DNA of 64,000 nucleotides, taken from NCBI GenBank assembly GCA_045546035.1, contig JAZQCB010000035.1, forward strand, positions 6,445 to 70,444, written 5' to 3'. The first letter of the stretch is position 1; every line of letters starts with the position of its first letter. The stretch comes from Clostridia bacterium. Lineage in GTDB: Bacteria; Bacillota; Clostridia; Christensenellales; Aristaeellaceae. Below the pieces are notes generated by a model. The model made no database searches. It saw nothing but the letters and a program-made list of their open reading frames with translations, and was not told the origin of the DNA. The position numbers and the translations under genes are program-made. This document shows, in pieces, positions 40,168 through 50,300 of the stretch.

Positions 40168-41453
40168 CGCCTTTTCTGCTGATCGTGGGAGTCGTGCTCT
40201 GCGTTGTGCTGAGCCACTTTTTCTCCGGGGCGGAGATGAGCTATTCCAGCTGCAACCGGCTGCGGCTGGAAAACGAAAAGGAATCCGGCAACCGGAAGGC
40301 CGCCGTGGCCCTGTGGATTGTCGATCGGTTTGACGACGCCCTGGGGGCCATCCTGATCGGGAACAACCTGGTGAATATCGCGGCCTCCTCCATGGCCACC
40401 ACCAGCGCCTTCCTGCTGGCGGGGAACGAAAACTACAGCGCTCTGGCCACCGCCCTGGTGACCATCGCGGTCATCATCTTCGGGGAAACGATCCCGAAGA
40501 TCACGGCCAAGAAGGGCGCCAACCGGGTCGCCATGCAGGACGCCTACCCGCTGCGGGGGCTGATGATCCTGTTCTGGCTGCCCGTCAGGGCGGTTGTGGG
40601 GCTGGTCAACCTGATCCTGAAGCCCTTCCCCGGGGAAAAGGCCGAGGAGGAGCCGGAGGAGAAGGTCGAGGAGCTGACCACCCTGATCGACACGGCGGAG
40701 GATGAATCCGTCATCGACGAAAACGAGAGCGAGCTGGTTAAGGCGGCCATCGATTTTCCGGATATTTCCGCCTCCGAGGCCATGACGGCCCGGGTGGACG
40801 TAATCGCGATCGACATCGACGACAGCTGGGAGGAAATCCTCTCCGTCATCGAAAGGTCCCGCTATACCCGGATTCCCGTGTATGAAGGATCCATCGATCA
40901 TGTAATCGGCACGCTGCATCTGAACCGGTTTCTGAAGGCCCTGACGGAGAACAAGCATCCGGATCTGCGGAGCCTGCTGATGGAGCCCTGCTATGTCTAC
41001 AAGACGATGAAGCTGCCCCAGGTGCTGAAAACCCTGCGGAAGAAGCGGCAGCATCTGGCCATCGTGGTGGATGAATACGGCGGCACCCTGGGCATCATTT
41101 CCATGGAGGATGTGCTGGAGATGGTGGTGGGGGACATCTGGGACGAGAACGACACGGTGCAGAATTACCTGGTCCGCCGGAACGAGCGGGAATACGAGAT
41201 CGACGGCGACACGCCCCTTTCCGACCTGCAGGAGCTGTTCCGCCTTCCGGACGAGGAATTCGCCTTTGAGAGCGAAACCGTCGGCGGATGGACCATCGAG
41301 ATGTACGGCGCTTTCCCGGAGGCCGGGAATCAATTCCGCTTCCGGGACGCGGTGGTCACCGTTCTGGCTGTGGACGAACGGCGGGTGGAGAAGATCCTGG
41401 TGACCTTCGACCCGCCGGAGAACGAGAAGAAATCAGAAGGCCCCGCCGGATAA
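40164..41453 (+). CDS. HlyC/CorC (CNNM-like) transporter, copy 2
   Basis: FFSGAEMS, ILIGNNLVNI, FGETIPK, AMTARVD, YTRIPVY, VVDEYGGTLGIISMED; ATGA overlap with copy 1. Confidence 0.92.
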   Translation: MTPFLLIVGVVLCVVLSHFFSGAEMSYSSCNRLRLENEKESGNRKAAVALWIVDRFDDALGAILIGNNLVNIAASSMATTSAFLLAGNENYSALATALVTIAVIIFGETIPKITAKKGANRVAMQDAYPLRGLMILFWLPVRAVVGLVNLILKPFPGEKAEEEPEEKVEELTTLIDTAEDESVIDENESELVKAAIDFPDISASEAMTARVDVIAIDIDDSWEEILSVIERSRYTRIPVYEGSIDHVIGTLHLNRFLKALTENKHPDLRSLLMEPCYVYKTMKLPQVLKTLRKKRQHLAIVVDEYGGTLGIISMEDVLEMVVGDIWDENDTVQNYLVRRNEREYEIDGDTPLSDLQELFRLPDEEFAFESETVGGWTIEMYGAFPEAGNQFRFRDAVVTVLAVDERRVEKILVTFDPPENEKKSEGPAG

Positions 41454-41464
41454 CCGGCGGGGCC
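41439..41464. terminator. hairpin at the convergence of the CorC and AKR genes
   Basis: ggccccgccgg-ataa-ccggcggggcc. Confidence 0.5.
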
Positions 41465-41584
41465 GCGTATATTGCTTTACGGTAAAATGGCCTTGGATCG
41501 AAGGGATTCCCTTGCCGGGAGGCATCCGCCCTCCGACGGAGCTTTGCGTGTTCGATCTTTTCGCGGGAAACCGGCCGGGCCGCG

Positions 41585-42571
41585 TCAGCTGTTCTGGTCG
41601 ATGTAGGCCAGCTCCTCGGCTGTAAAGGAAAGGTTTTCCGTGCATTTCAGGCTGTCCAGGATCTGCTCGGGGCGGGAGGCGCCCACCAGAACGCTGGTCA
41701 CCACCTCGTCCCGCAGCACCCAGGCCAGGGCCATCTGGGCCAGGGACTGGCCCCGCTGCTGTGCCAGCTCGTTCAGCGCGCGGATTTTCCGCAGCACCTC
41801 CTCCGTCAGATAAGCCTCCTTCAGGAAGCGGCCGTCGGTCCGGACACGGGAATCCTCGGGGATGCCGTTCAGATAGCGATTCGTCAACATGCCCTGGGCC
41901 AGGGGCGAGAAGGTGATGATCCCCTTGCCGCATTCGGCGGCAGCTTCCTTCAGACCGTTGCGCTCGATGGAACGGTCAAAGATGGAATAACGGTTCTGGT
42001 TGATGACGAAGGGAACCCGCATCTCCTGCAGCAGGGCGGCGGCTTCCTTCATCCGGGGGCCGTCATAATTGGACAGGCCGACATACAGCGCCTTGCCGGA
42101 GAGGACGATGTCCCGGAGGGCCAGCATCGTTTCCTCCAGGGGCGTTTCCGGATCCGGCCGGTGATGATAGAAGATGTCCACATAGTCCAGCCCCATGCGG
42201 CGGAGGCTCTGATCCAGGCTGGCCATCAGATACTTCCGGCTGCCGAAATCCCCGTAGGGTCCGGGCCACATGGTATAGCCGGCCTTGGTGGAAATCAGAA
42301 TCTCATCCCGGTAGGCGCCCAGATCCTCCTTCAGAATCCGGCCGAAATTGATTTCGGCGCTGCCCTCCTCCGGGCCGTAATTGTTGGCAAGGTCGAAATG
42401 GGTAATGCCGGCGTCGAAGGCGGTGAGACACATCTTCCGCATGGTGTCGAAGCACCCGGTGGAACCGAAATTGTGCCACAGCCCCAGGGAAACGGCGGGC
42501 AGCTTCAGGCCGCTGCGGCCGCTGCGGCGGAAGACCGCGGCATCATAGCGGGAATCGTTGGCGAGATACAT
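41585..42571 (-). CDS. aldo/keto reductase (L-glyceraldehyde-3-phosphate reductase/YghZ-like)
   Basis: LGLWHNFG, HFDLANNYG, ISTKAGY, DIFYHHRPD, FSPLAQG. Confidence 0.92.
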   Translation of the reverse strand: MYLANDSRYDAAVFRRSGRSGLKLPAVSLGLWHNFGSTGCFDTMRKMCLTAFDAGITHFDLANNYGPEEGSAEINFGRILKEDLGAYRDEILISTKAGYTMWPGPYGDFGSRKYLMASLDQSLRRMGLDYVDIFYHHRPDPETPLEETMLALRDIVLSGKALYVGLSNYDGPRMKEAAALLQEMRVPFVINQNRYSIFDRSIERNGLKEAAAECGKGIITFSPLAQGMLTNRYLNGIPEDSRVRTDGRFLKEAYLTEEVLRKIRALNELAQQRGQSLAQMALAWVLRDEVVTSVLVGASRPEQILDSLKCTENLSFTAEELAYIDQNS

Positions 42572-42633
42572 GAATTGTTCCTCCTTTTTTGTTGGTCGTG
42601 AAAAACAGACGACGCGCGGGGGAAAAGCGTGTT

Positions 42634-43272
42634 CTACAGAACCACCACCCTGGGGTGGCAGTCCAGATCACCTTTGGTTACCCGGAGAGCCTCTCCTCCG
42701 GAGCGGACAGAGGCCGGATCGAAGCGGGAGAGGAAATCCTCCGCCGACGCGATGGGCCAGTCCTCGTTGTACTTCGTTTTGTAATGCATGGGCAGGATGA
42801 TCCGGGCCTCCAGCGCCTCGGCGGTTTCGAAGGCCTGGGCGGCGTCGATGGTATAGAACCCTCCGACCGGAACCATCAGGATGTCCGCCGGGTTCAGCAG
42901 GGCCAGCTCCTCCGCGTTCAGCCCGCGCCCCAGGTCCCCCAGATGGACCACCCGCAGTCCTTCCGCCTCCAGCAGGAAGAGCAGGCTTTTGCCCCGCTTC
43001 GCGCCGCCGGCGTCGTCGTGATCCGAGAGGATGCCCGTGACCCGGACGCCGGGAGCAAAGGTGTGGACGCCGGCGAAATCGATGATCTGGGGATGGCCGG
43101 AGATGTTTTCCACCGCGTCGTGATCATGATGATGATGGGAAACCAGGACGCCGTCCGCCAAAAGACTCCGGACGGGGTAGCCGGTGGAGGCGTCGTAGGG
43201 ATCCGTCACGATCCGCAGCCCGCATTCCAATGTGATCAGAAACTCGCTGTGACCGATGTGCTCAAAAAGCAT
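42634..43272 (-). CDS. MBL-fold metallo-hydrolase
   Basis: GHSEF, DPY, SHHHHDHD, HLGDLG, PVGG, PMHY. Confidence 0.88.
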   Translation of the reverse strand: MLFEHIGHSEFLITLECGLRIVTDPYDASTGYPVRSLLADGVLVSHHHHDHDAVENISGHPQIIDFAGVHTFAPGVRVTGILSDHDDAGGAKRGKSLLFLLEAEGLRVVHLGDLGRGLNAEELALLNPADILMVPVGGFYTIDAAQAFETAEALEARIILPMHYKTKYNEDWPIASAEDFLSRFDPASVRSGGEALRVTKGDLDCHPRVVVL

Positions 43273-43340
43273 GGTGATTCCTCCTCCATTTGCAAATAGC
43301 CTGCCGCGGACGCGGGATAAAAGAACCCGGCCGCCCGGTC

Positions 43341-43817
43341 TTATCGGAAGAAATCCGGGGAGAGGGCGGGAAGGGGAAGACCCAGACGAAGGCGGCGGGC
43401 AAAATCCCGATGCAGGGTGCGGCAGGCGGCCTCAAAGGCGGCGGGGCCTTCCTCCGCGGCCTTGATCAGAAGAAAGGACGCCTCCCGGCTTTCCGCCCCG
43501 CCGGGATGGCGGGACAGCAGGCTTTCGCAGCAGGCGGCCTCCTCCCCCGGCGGAAAGGGGCGGAACCCTTCGGGAGGGTCGGAAAGGGGCCTGCGAAGCT
43601 CCAGCCAGCCGCCCGAAAGACAGGTTTCCCAGCCCGCGGCCTCCGCCTTTTGCCGGAAGGAGGCCAGGGCCTCCGGCGGGGCGAAGGAAGGGAGATCCGA
43701 GGCAAAGAGAAAATCCGGCCTCCGGCTGCGGCGCAGGGCCGCCGGCCGGGGCAGCGCCTGATCCGCCAGCAGATTCCGCAACTCCCGGCGGAGGGCGCTT
43801 TGGGGAGGCGTCACCAT
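43341..43817 (-). CDS. hypothetical protein
   Basis: Fills the gap between flanking minus-strand genes; ATG overlaps the phosphoesterase stop; no clear family. Confidence 0.55.
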   Translation of the reverse strand: MVTPPQSALRRELRNLLADQALPRPAALRRSRRPDFLFASDLPSFAPPEALASFRQKAEAAGWETCLSGGWLELRRPLSDPPEGFRPFPPGEEAACCESLLSRHPGGAESREASFLLIKAAEEGPAAFEAACRTLHRDFARRLRLGLPLPALSPDFFR

Positions 43818-44494
43818 ATGACCTCCCGGCCGGGGACGCTGCGGCGCTCCAGGAAGAAGCGGCCCATTCGGGTGGGGGATCCGGCGGGCGCCCAGTCGGC
43901 GGGAAAATCGTATTCAAAGCTGCCGCAGGCGTTGATCACGGGGATGCCGCCGAATTCCCGCTCCCGGGTGAACCTGTGGCCGGAGTAACCCTGGTGAACG
44001 TGGCCGTGGAACATGACGGCGGGACGGTAGCGGTTCAGAAGAGGCTTGAAGCACTCGAAGCCCCGATGGGCGGGATCCTCCTGATCACCGACGCCCGCGA
44101 TGGGGGAATGGGTCAGGAGAATATCAAAGCCGCCCGCGGAGCGGATTTCCCGGCGAAGCCGGCGGATCCGCCGGGCCATCTCCTCCTCGGAATACATGCA
44201 GGGGCCGGGGCGATAACGGATGGAACCGCCCAGCCCCAGGATCCGGAGCCCTCCCACCAGCACCACATGCCCGTCGGCACAGACGCAGCCCTCCGGCGGC
44301 TTCTTTTCATAGGCCGTGTCGTGGTTCCCGTGAACATAAACCACCGGCGCGGAGGAAAAACAGGTGATATAGTTCAGGTAGGCGGCGGGAAGATCCCCGC
44401 AGGAGAGAATCAGTTCCACGCTTTGCAGGGTTTCCTTTCCGTATTCGCTCCAGAGCCGGTTTACCGGCTCATCGGCCAGGGCCAGGATCCGCAT
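43811..44494 (-). CDS. calcineurin-like metallophosphoesterase
   Basis: LADE, SCGDL, VHGNHD, LLTHSP, FHGHVH. Confidence 0.9.
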   Translation of the reverse strand: MRILALADEPVNRLWSEYGKETLQSVELILSCGDLPAAYLNYITCFSSAPVVYVHGNHDTAYEKKPPEGCVCADGHVVLVGGLRILGLGGSIRYRPGPCMYSEEEMARRIRRLRREIRSAGGFDILLTHSPIAGVGDQEDPAHRGFECFKPLLNRYRPAVMFHGHVHQGYSGHRFTREREFGGIPVINACGSFEYDFPADWAPAGSPTRMGRFFLERRSVPGREVIW

Positions 44495-44642
44495 ATGGGT
44501 TTCCTCCGCTTCTGTATGATGCTGAGATTGCTTCAGGGAAATGATTCAACCCGGGATCCGGCGGAAGCGGGGCGCTTTCCCCTCTTCGGGCCGGCGGGTT
44601 TTCCGATTCCGGGGCGATGATCCCCGAAAGGCGGCCCGGCGT

Positions 44643-46580
44643 TCAGCTTTTCTCGTTCCAGGAAATGGCGCTGACGTCGGACTTGGCCAGGCTGCCGATG
44701 CCCTGGCTCTGGGCCAGGGGACGGGCTTCGGGGGTCAGCTCCTCCAGGGAGGGAAGGGAACCCACCACGTTGTCCGCCAGATAATCCATGCAGAGGATTT
44801 CCGCCGGGGTCAGCCGCTGATCCGGAGCGCAGCGGAGGATTCCCTGCTGGTCCTTCATCTCCCCTTCGAAGGGGGTAAAGGCCTGATCCCGGAACTGGGC
44901 CTGGAGGATTTTGATCAGGCGGACGGCGGCGGGATCCATCCGGGAGGAGAAGACCACGTCCAGGGTGTCCGCGCTGATCCCCCACCAGTAGGCCAGGGAG
45001 GAGGAGCTGCTTTCGGAGGCAGCGTCCATGACGCCCTTGAGCATCAGCTCCATGATATGCTGATAGAAGACGCCCCACCGGGGCACCAGGGTCGCGATGG
45101 AGCGGATTTCCCCATCCTGGCGGACATAAAGGCCGGAATCCCGGGAGGAGGGATTGGGGGCGGTCAGATCCCGGTTGCAGATGACCTGGATCGAGGGATC
45201 GTGGAAGGGCTCCACCGGGTCAAAGCTGAGAAGGGAAGTCCAGTTGAGGTAGATGTGGGCGTCCGGGTTCACCATGCGGGCCCCCACGGCGAAAGAGTTG
45301 ATCATGCTGGGGGTTCCGTAAATCGGATAATCGGCGATGTAGCCGATTTTTCCGTTTTTGGCCAGCAGCCCCGCCGCCATGCCCAGCAGGAACTTGGCCT
45401 CGAAGAAGCGGAGGTAATAGGTGGGCACATGGTGATAACCCGTCAGCTGGCTGCAGACCAGCAGCTTTTTATCCGGATGGCGCAGGGAGGGCTCGATGAA
45501 GCTGTTGAGCATCAGCGGCGAGGTGGCGAAAATCAGCTGTACCCCGTCCTTGATGAGCCGCTCGATCTCCTCCTCCGTTTCCGCCCGGGAGGGCGTAATC
45601 CGGTTCAGGGTTTCCACCCGGTCCCCCAGCTTTTCCTGAGCCTCCAGCCGGCCCATATCGTGCCAGTAATTCCAGGCGGAGTCGGGGATGGAGCGGGTAT
45701 AGAGGAAGGCCGCCTTGATCTTGGAGGGATGGAAGAGGGCGTTGATCAGCGTCGGGGCGGGATCATTTTCCCGATGATCCATGACCAGACTCATCTCATC
45801 CTCCCGGAGGAGGAACTCCTCCTGCATCAGGCGGACATTCTTTTCCACGTCCGAAAGGCTCATATCCCGGACATCCTCATAGCCGAAGGCCAGCAGCCAC
45901 CGGAGAAAGGCGTCCCCGCAGGGAATGAGGGCCTTTTCCTGCCCCATGTTCCGATAGACAGAATAGAAATAATGGTACAGCTTCTTCAGACTCAGGGTAT
46001 CGTCTTGGGACCAGGTATCGCCGCTTTTCATCCCCGGCAGGGAGGAGAGCCGGTCATAGGAGCCGGGCTTGGTCAGGAAGAGGTCATAGAGGCCGCTGGC
46101 CTTGGAAAAGTCGCAGTATTCATAATAGACGACGACGGCGGGATCCTCCGTCCGCACCGGGAGGGCCCGGGTCACGTCCGCGTCGATGTACTCCGCGTCC
46201 AGGAATTTCAGGACGCTGGTCCGCTTATTGCCCTCCACCAGATAGTAATACCCCATGTATTCCACCATCTTGGCCGGATCGCGCATGCCGTCCTTTTCGA
46301 TGGAGTCATAAAGGAGGGACCATTTGGTGCAGAATTCGGAGTTCATCTCCAGAATCGGCATAAAGTTGTTGGCAAAGGCGTAGGACCGGCCACGGGAAAC
46401 GGAGCCCACCACCCGATCCAGGGGGATGGACTGGACGCCCAGGGAAACCCGGGTCAGGGAATTCAGGGCCGGCACCTTCTCCTCCAGCACCGGGAGATAG
46501 GGATCCGTATTGTTCCGGGTTGCCTGTCCGAAAGCCCGAAGGCCCTTCTGGCGGGCGCGGGCATAGTATTTCACATCCAT
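44643..46580 (-). CDS. ParB/Srx-like N-terminal domain fused to a BMP/PnrA-like ligand-binding domain, no signal peptide
   Basis: IPLDRVVGS...YYLVEGNKRTSV (ParB-like); DSAWNYWHDMGR, GKIGYIADYPI, INSFAVGARMVNP (BMP-like). Confidence 0.7.
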   Translation of the reverse strand: MDVKYYARARQKGLRAFGQATRNNTDPYLPVLEEKVPALNSLTRVSLGVQSIPLDRVVGSVSRGRSYAFANNFMPILEMNSEFCTKWSLLYDSIEKDGMRDPAKMVEYMGYYYLVEGNKRTSVLKFLDAEYIDADVTRALPVRTEDPAVVVYYEYCDFSKASGLYDLFLTKPGSYDRLSSLPGMKSGDTWSQDDTLSLKKLYHYFYSVYRNMGQEKALIPCGDAFLRWLLAFGYEDVRDMSLSDVEKNVRLMQEEFLLREDEMSLVMDHRENDPAPTLINALFHPSKIKAAFLYTRSIPDSAWNYWHDMGRLEAQEKLGDRVETLNRITPSRAETEEEIERLIKDGVQLIFATSPLMLNSFIEPSLRHPDKKLLVCSQLTGYHHVPTYYLRFFEAKFLLGMAAGLLAKNGKIGYIADYPIYGTPSMINSFAVGARMVNPDAHIYLNWTSLLSFDPVEPFHDPSIQVICNRDLTAPNPSSRDSGLYVRQDGEIRSIATLVPRWGVFYQHIMELMLKGVMDAASESSSSSLAYWWGISADTLDVVFSSRMDPAAVRLIKILQAQFRDQAFTPFEGEMKDQQGILRCAPDQRLTPAEILCMDYLADNVVGSLPSLEELTPEARPLAQSQGIGSLAKSDVSAISWNEKS

Positions 46581-46625
46581 GTTTTCATTACCTCCATTCC
46601 GGGAGAGAACGCCCGAAGGCGCGGA

Positions 46626-47381
46626 TCAGGGCCGCGTCAGGTCGTACATCATGACGGCGGCGGCGACGGCCGCGTTCAGGGATTCGGCGCCGCCCCGCAT
46701 GGGCAGGCGCAGATGATGGGTGGCTTCCCGCCGGACCGCGGGGGAGACGCCGTTTCCCTCGTTTCCCACCACCAGCACCAGTTTATCACAAACGCCGCTT
46801 CTTTCATAGAAGGGATCTCCATCCAGCTGGGAGGAAAGGACCGAATAGCCCTCTTCCCGAAGCCGGGCCAGCTCCTCAGGCAGAGAGGCGGGAAAGGCGA
46901 GGCCCACCCGGAAAATGCTGCCCATGGTGGCCCGAAGGGTTTTCGGGGAAAAGACGTCGGCGCAGTCGGGACTGAGCAGAACGCCCCCGAAGCCGGCCGC
47001 GTCCGCCGTACGCACAATGGTACCCACGTTTCCCGGATCCTGGAGACCGTCCAGGGCGATGAGCTTTTCCCCGGCCATGGGGACGGAGCGCATCTCCACC
47101 GCCGCGGCGATGCCCTGGGGCGTTCTGGTATCGCAGACCGCCGCCAAAACCTCCTCCGGCATCACGCAGACCGGCAGATCCTCCGGCAGCCCCTCGGGGA
47201 GAGGATGATTCTCCCGCACAAGCAGGCAGCGGACGGAAAACCCGGAGGACAAGGCCTCGGCGGTCATTTTCTCCCCCTCCACCAGGAAGAGACCCGTCTC
47301 CTTCCGACCCTTCCGATCCTTCAGGGAGCGGAGAAGCCGCACCCGGGGGTTTTTCAGGGAAGACAGTTTTTCGATCCTCAT
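46626..47381 (-). CDS. TrmH/SpoU family RNA 2'-O-methyltransferase
   Basis: LQDPGNVGTIVRTA, VGNEGNG, ESLNAAVAAA; ATG 1 nt after the giant ORF's stop. Confidence 0.92.
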   Translation of the reverse strand: MRIEKLSSLKNPRVRLLRSLKDRKGRKETGLFLVEGEKMTAEALSSGFSVRCLLVRENHPLPEGLPEDLPVCVMPEEVLAAVCDTRTPQGIAAAVEMRSVPMAGEKLIALDGLQDPGNVGTIVRTADAAGFGGVLLSPDCADVFSPKTLRATMGSIFRVGLAFPASLPEELARLREEGYSVLSSQLDGDPFYERSGVCDKLVLVVGNEGNGVSPAVRREATHHLRLPMRGGAESLNAAVAAAVMMYDLTRP

Positions 47382-47382
47382 T

Positions 47383-50300
47383 TCAGGCAAAACCCTCCCG
47401 CAGGATATCCATCAGCAGCCCCGGAAACGCGCTGAGGGCGGAATAGGGCCGGGGCGCTTCCCCTCTCCCGGCGAAGGCCGCCTGGCCCGCCTGCAGGATA
47501 GCCTGGCGGCCAAAGGGAGTAAAGGGATCATAGTAATCATTGGCATACAGGCCGGGGAAGAGCAGGGCCGCCTCCTGGGGAAATTCCCGGCGGAAGCGGA
47601 CGAGAAATTCCGGCAGGAGCTCCTCCGGGCGGACCGAAATGGACGCGGGCACCGCGGAGGGCCGGGGAACGCCGGCGGTGGTTTCCCCCACGAGGGAAAG
47701 GCCCACCGGGATTTCCAGCTTTTTCTCCGCCGAGAAGACCAGATAAAGGGAGGAGACCCGGGGGTTGCGGAACATGGTAAGGAAATGCCAGAGGGCGGTT
47801 TTGACCGGCGGACTCATCCGCTCGATCCATCCGGCGCCCCGGCCCGCCAGGAAAAGGGTCATGCTTTCCGGCAGGGTATCGTTGCGCTGGCTGTCGCCGG
47901 CGATCTGGAGCAGCACCAGGCCGCAGAGCATCATCAGCCATCCGGCGTAAAAGAGCACCAGTGCGCCGGAGCGGCCGGGGGCGCCATCGGCGCGGCGCTG
48001 GGCCAGGGCGGAAAGAAGCATATCCTCGTGATCGGCCACCAGGGCGTCCAGGGCATAGCGGGCCTGGCGCAGGGCGGCGGCACCCGACCTGGCCCGGTCC
48101 AGCACGGCCCGGAAGGCGGCCAGGTCCTCCTGGAGCAGGGGATCGGGGATGAAGCCGAAATCGCTCCCGATCAGATCCGGATCCCGCAGGAGATCGGGCA
48201 GGAGCATATTATGGAAGCCCAGGGGCAGCTGGCAGGTACGGGCGGCGGCTTCCCGGCCCCGCAGGAACAGGGAGATATCCGCCGTATCGGCCCCCAGATC
48301 CAGCGTCATGAACCCGCCGCGGGCGTCCTCCGGGGAGCAGAAGCGGAAATAGGCGCCCAGCGCGCTGCTTTCCGGGGCGAACAGCACGGGAGGAGCTTTG
48401 GGGGGCAGGGGCAGCCCGCTTTCCTCCCGGATTTTTTCCGCCAGGGAATGGAAAAGATCCGCCAGCCTGCCCCGGCCCTCGGAGGCCATCTCATCCGGCA
48501 GGGCGGCCCGCCATCCCAGGGAGGCGGCGCCGGCCAGCCGGGCCTGCAGCGCGGCCATGAGCATGATCTGATGGAGACAGAGCCGGACGGAACGGCCCTT
48601 CTCGCCGTTCCATTTCAGATCGGTATACAGCGCCTCCGGGGGAACATCCAGCACGTCCCGCAGGGAGGAGGACATGAAGACGCAGCTGTCCCGGAAGGGA
48701 AGATCCCCGGCGCCGGGCTCGTTCCGGAAAATGCGGAGGGCGGCGGGAAGCAGCGCCGAAACCGGCACCGCCGGCAGGAACTCCCGCCAGAGCAGATCCT
48801 CCGCGGCGGCGGGGCTGCGCAAAATGGTCCGGACGGAAACGGGCCCTTGGAGGGGGAAGCGGCGGCTGCCCTCGGTAAAGATCACCGAGAGGGCCGAGGC
48901 GCCGAAATCGATGCAGGCCGTCCAGTCCCCGCCGGCGGGCAGATCCGGGGCGGGCAGGAGATTCGGCAGGGCGCCGACGCTTCGCCCTCCCTTTCGGAAA
49001 AGATAGCACAGGGGAAAGGCCAGGGTGCAGGCGGAAAAGCGCGGGGCGCTGCCGCCGACGGGGATGATCTCCTTCCCGGTGCACAGGGAAATCTGGAGAT
49101 CCTCCGGGCAATGGGCATAGGTAAAATAGGCCCGCCATTTTTCCGGATCGAAGGGCAGGGAGGGCCAGAGAGCGACGGTGGGCAGATCATGCGCGTAGAA
49201 GGGAATGATCTCCTCCCCGGCATAGACGCGGGTCAGCTTCAGGGTAAAGGCACCCTCCAGCGTCAGGGACGCACGGATACGGCTTCCCTCGGCGGAGAAG
49301 GACAGAAACCCGTCCCGGATCAGGGTTCGGCCGCGGGGCGTCCGGCACAGCATGGCGGCAAAATCCGGATCCAGCGGGGGCAGCGCCGCGTCGGAACGGA
49401 CGGCGGCTGCGGGCGCCCGTTCCTGTTCCTGAAAATCCGCCGCGGGTTCGCCGGAGGATTCCGTATTTTCCGCTTCGGCGGGAGCGTCGGCTTCCCGGGA
49501 GATCAGACAGAGGGAGGACAGCAGCGCGTCGCCGATGACCTCGCCTCCCCGGGCGGGAATCAGGGCCAGGGCCTCGCTGAAGGGCCGCAGGGCGGCGGAG
49601 GCCAGCTCCGGCCCCAGGCATTCGGTCAAAATCGTCTGGACCGAGGCGGAAACCGTATCCCAGGGCCAGGTCAGCTCGGTGACTTCCTCCCGGATCGGTT
49701 CCTTCGCCTCCTCCAGCAGCTTCCGCGCGACGGCGGTGGCCTGGGGATCGGCGCCGGGGTAGCGGGCCAGCAGTTCCTCCAGCCCGGCGGCCAGCGCCTC
49801 ATGATAATCGTCGGAGGAGTGCTCCAGAATATCGCACTCGGTGTTCAGGGAGGCCAGGAGGGTCTCCTCCTCCGGCGCGTGCGCGCTTTCCAGAAGGAAA
49901 ACGGCGCTTTCCCGGGCGAGGGGGGTGCCCCGGAAGGTATAAAGCACATCCTCGGACACCTTCGCCTGGGCCGCGGCAAAGGAAGGGCTTCCGCTCAGGG
50001 CGGCGCAGACGGCGTCCGCCTCCAGGCCGGATTCAAAGCGGGACACTGCCCGGGAGAGCTCCTTCTGCCAGATGGGCAGACGGGTCAGCCCGCAGGCGAT
50101 CCGAAGCCGGAGGGAAAGGGAAGGATCCTCCTGGTGGCCGGGACGGGCGTGGACGATGTCCTGATGCCAGTCCGCCAGAAAATCCAGGAAGGGCTTGCTG
50201 CAAGCGTCCTTCATGTCCGCCCGCATGCGGGTCAGCTGCTCCGTGAGAATCCGGCGGTCCCCCTCGCTCAGATACAGGCAGGGATCCCGGAATTCGGCGG

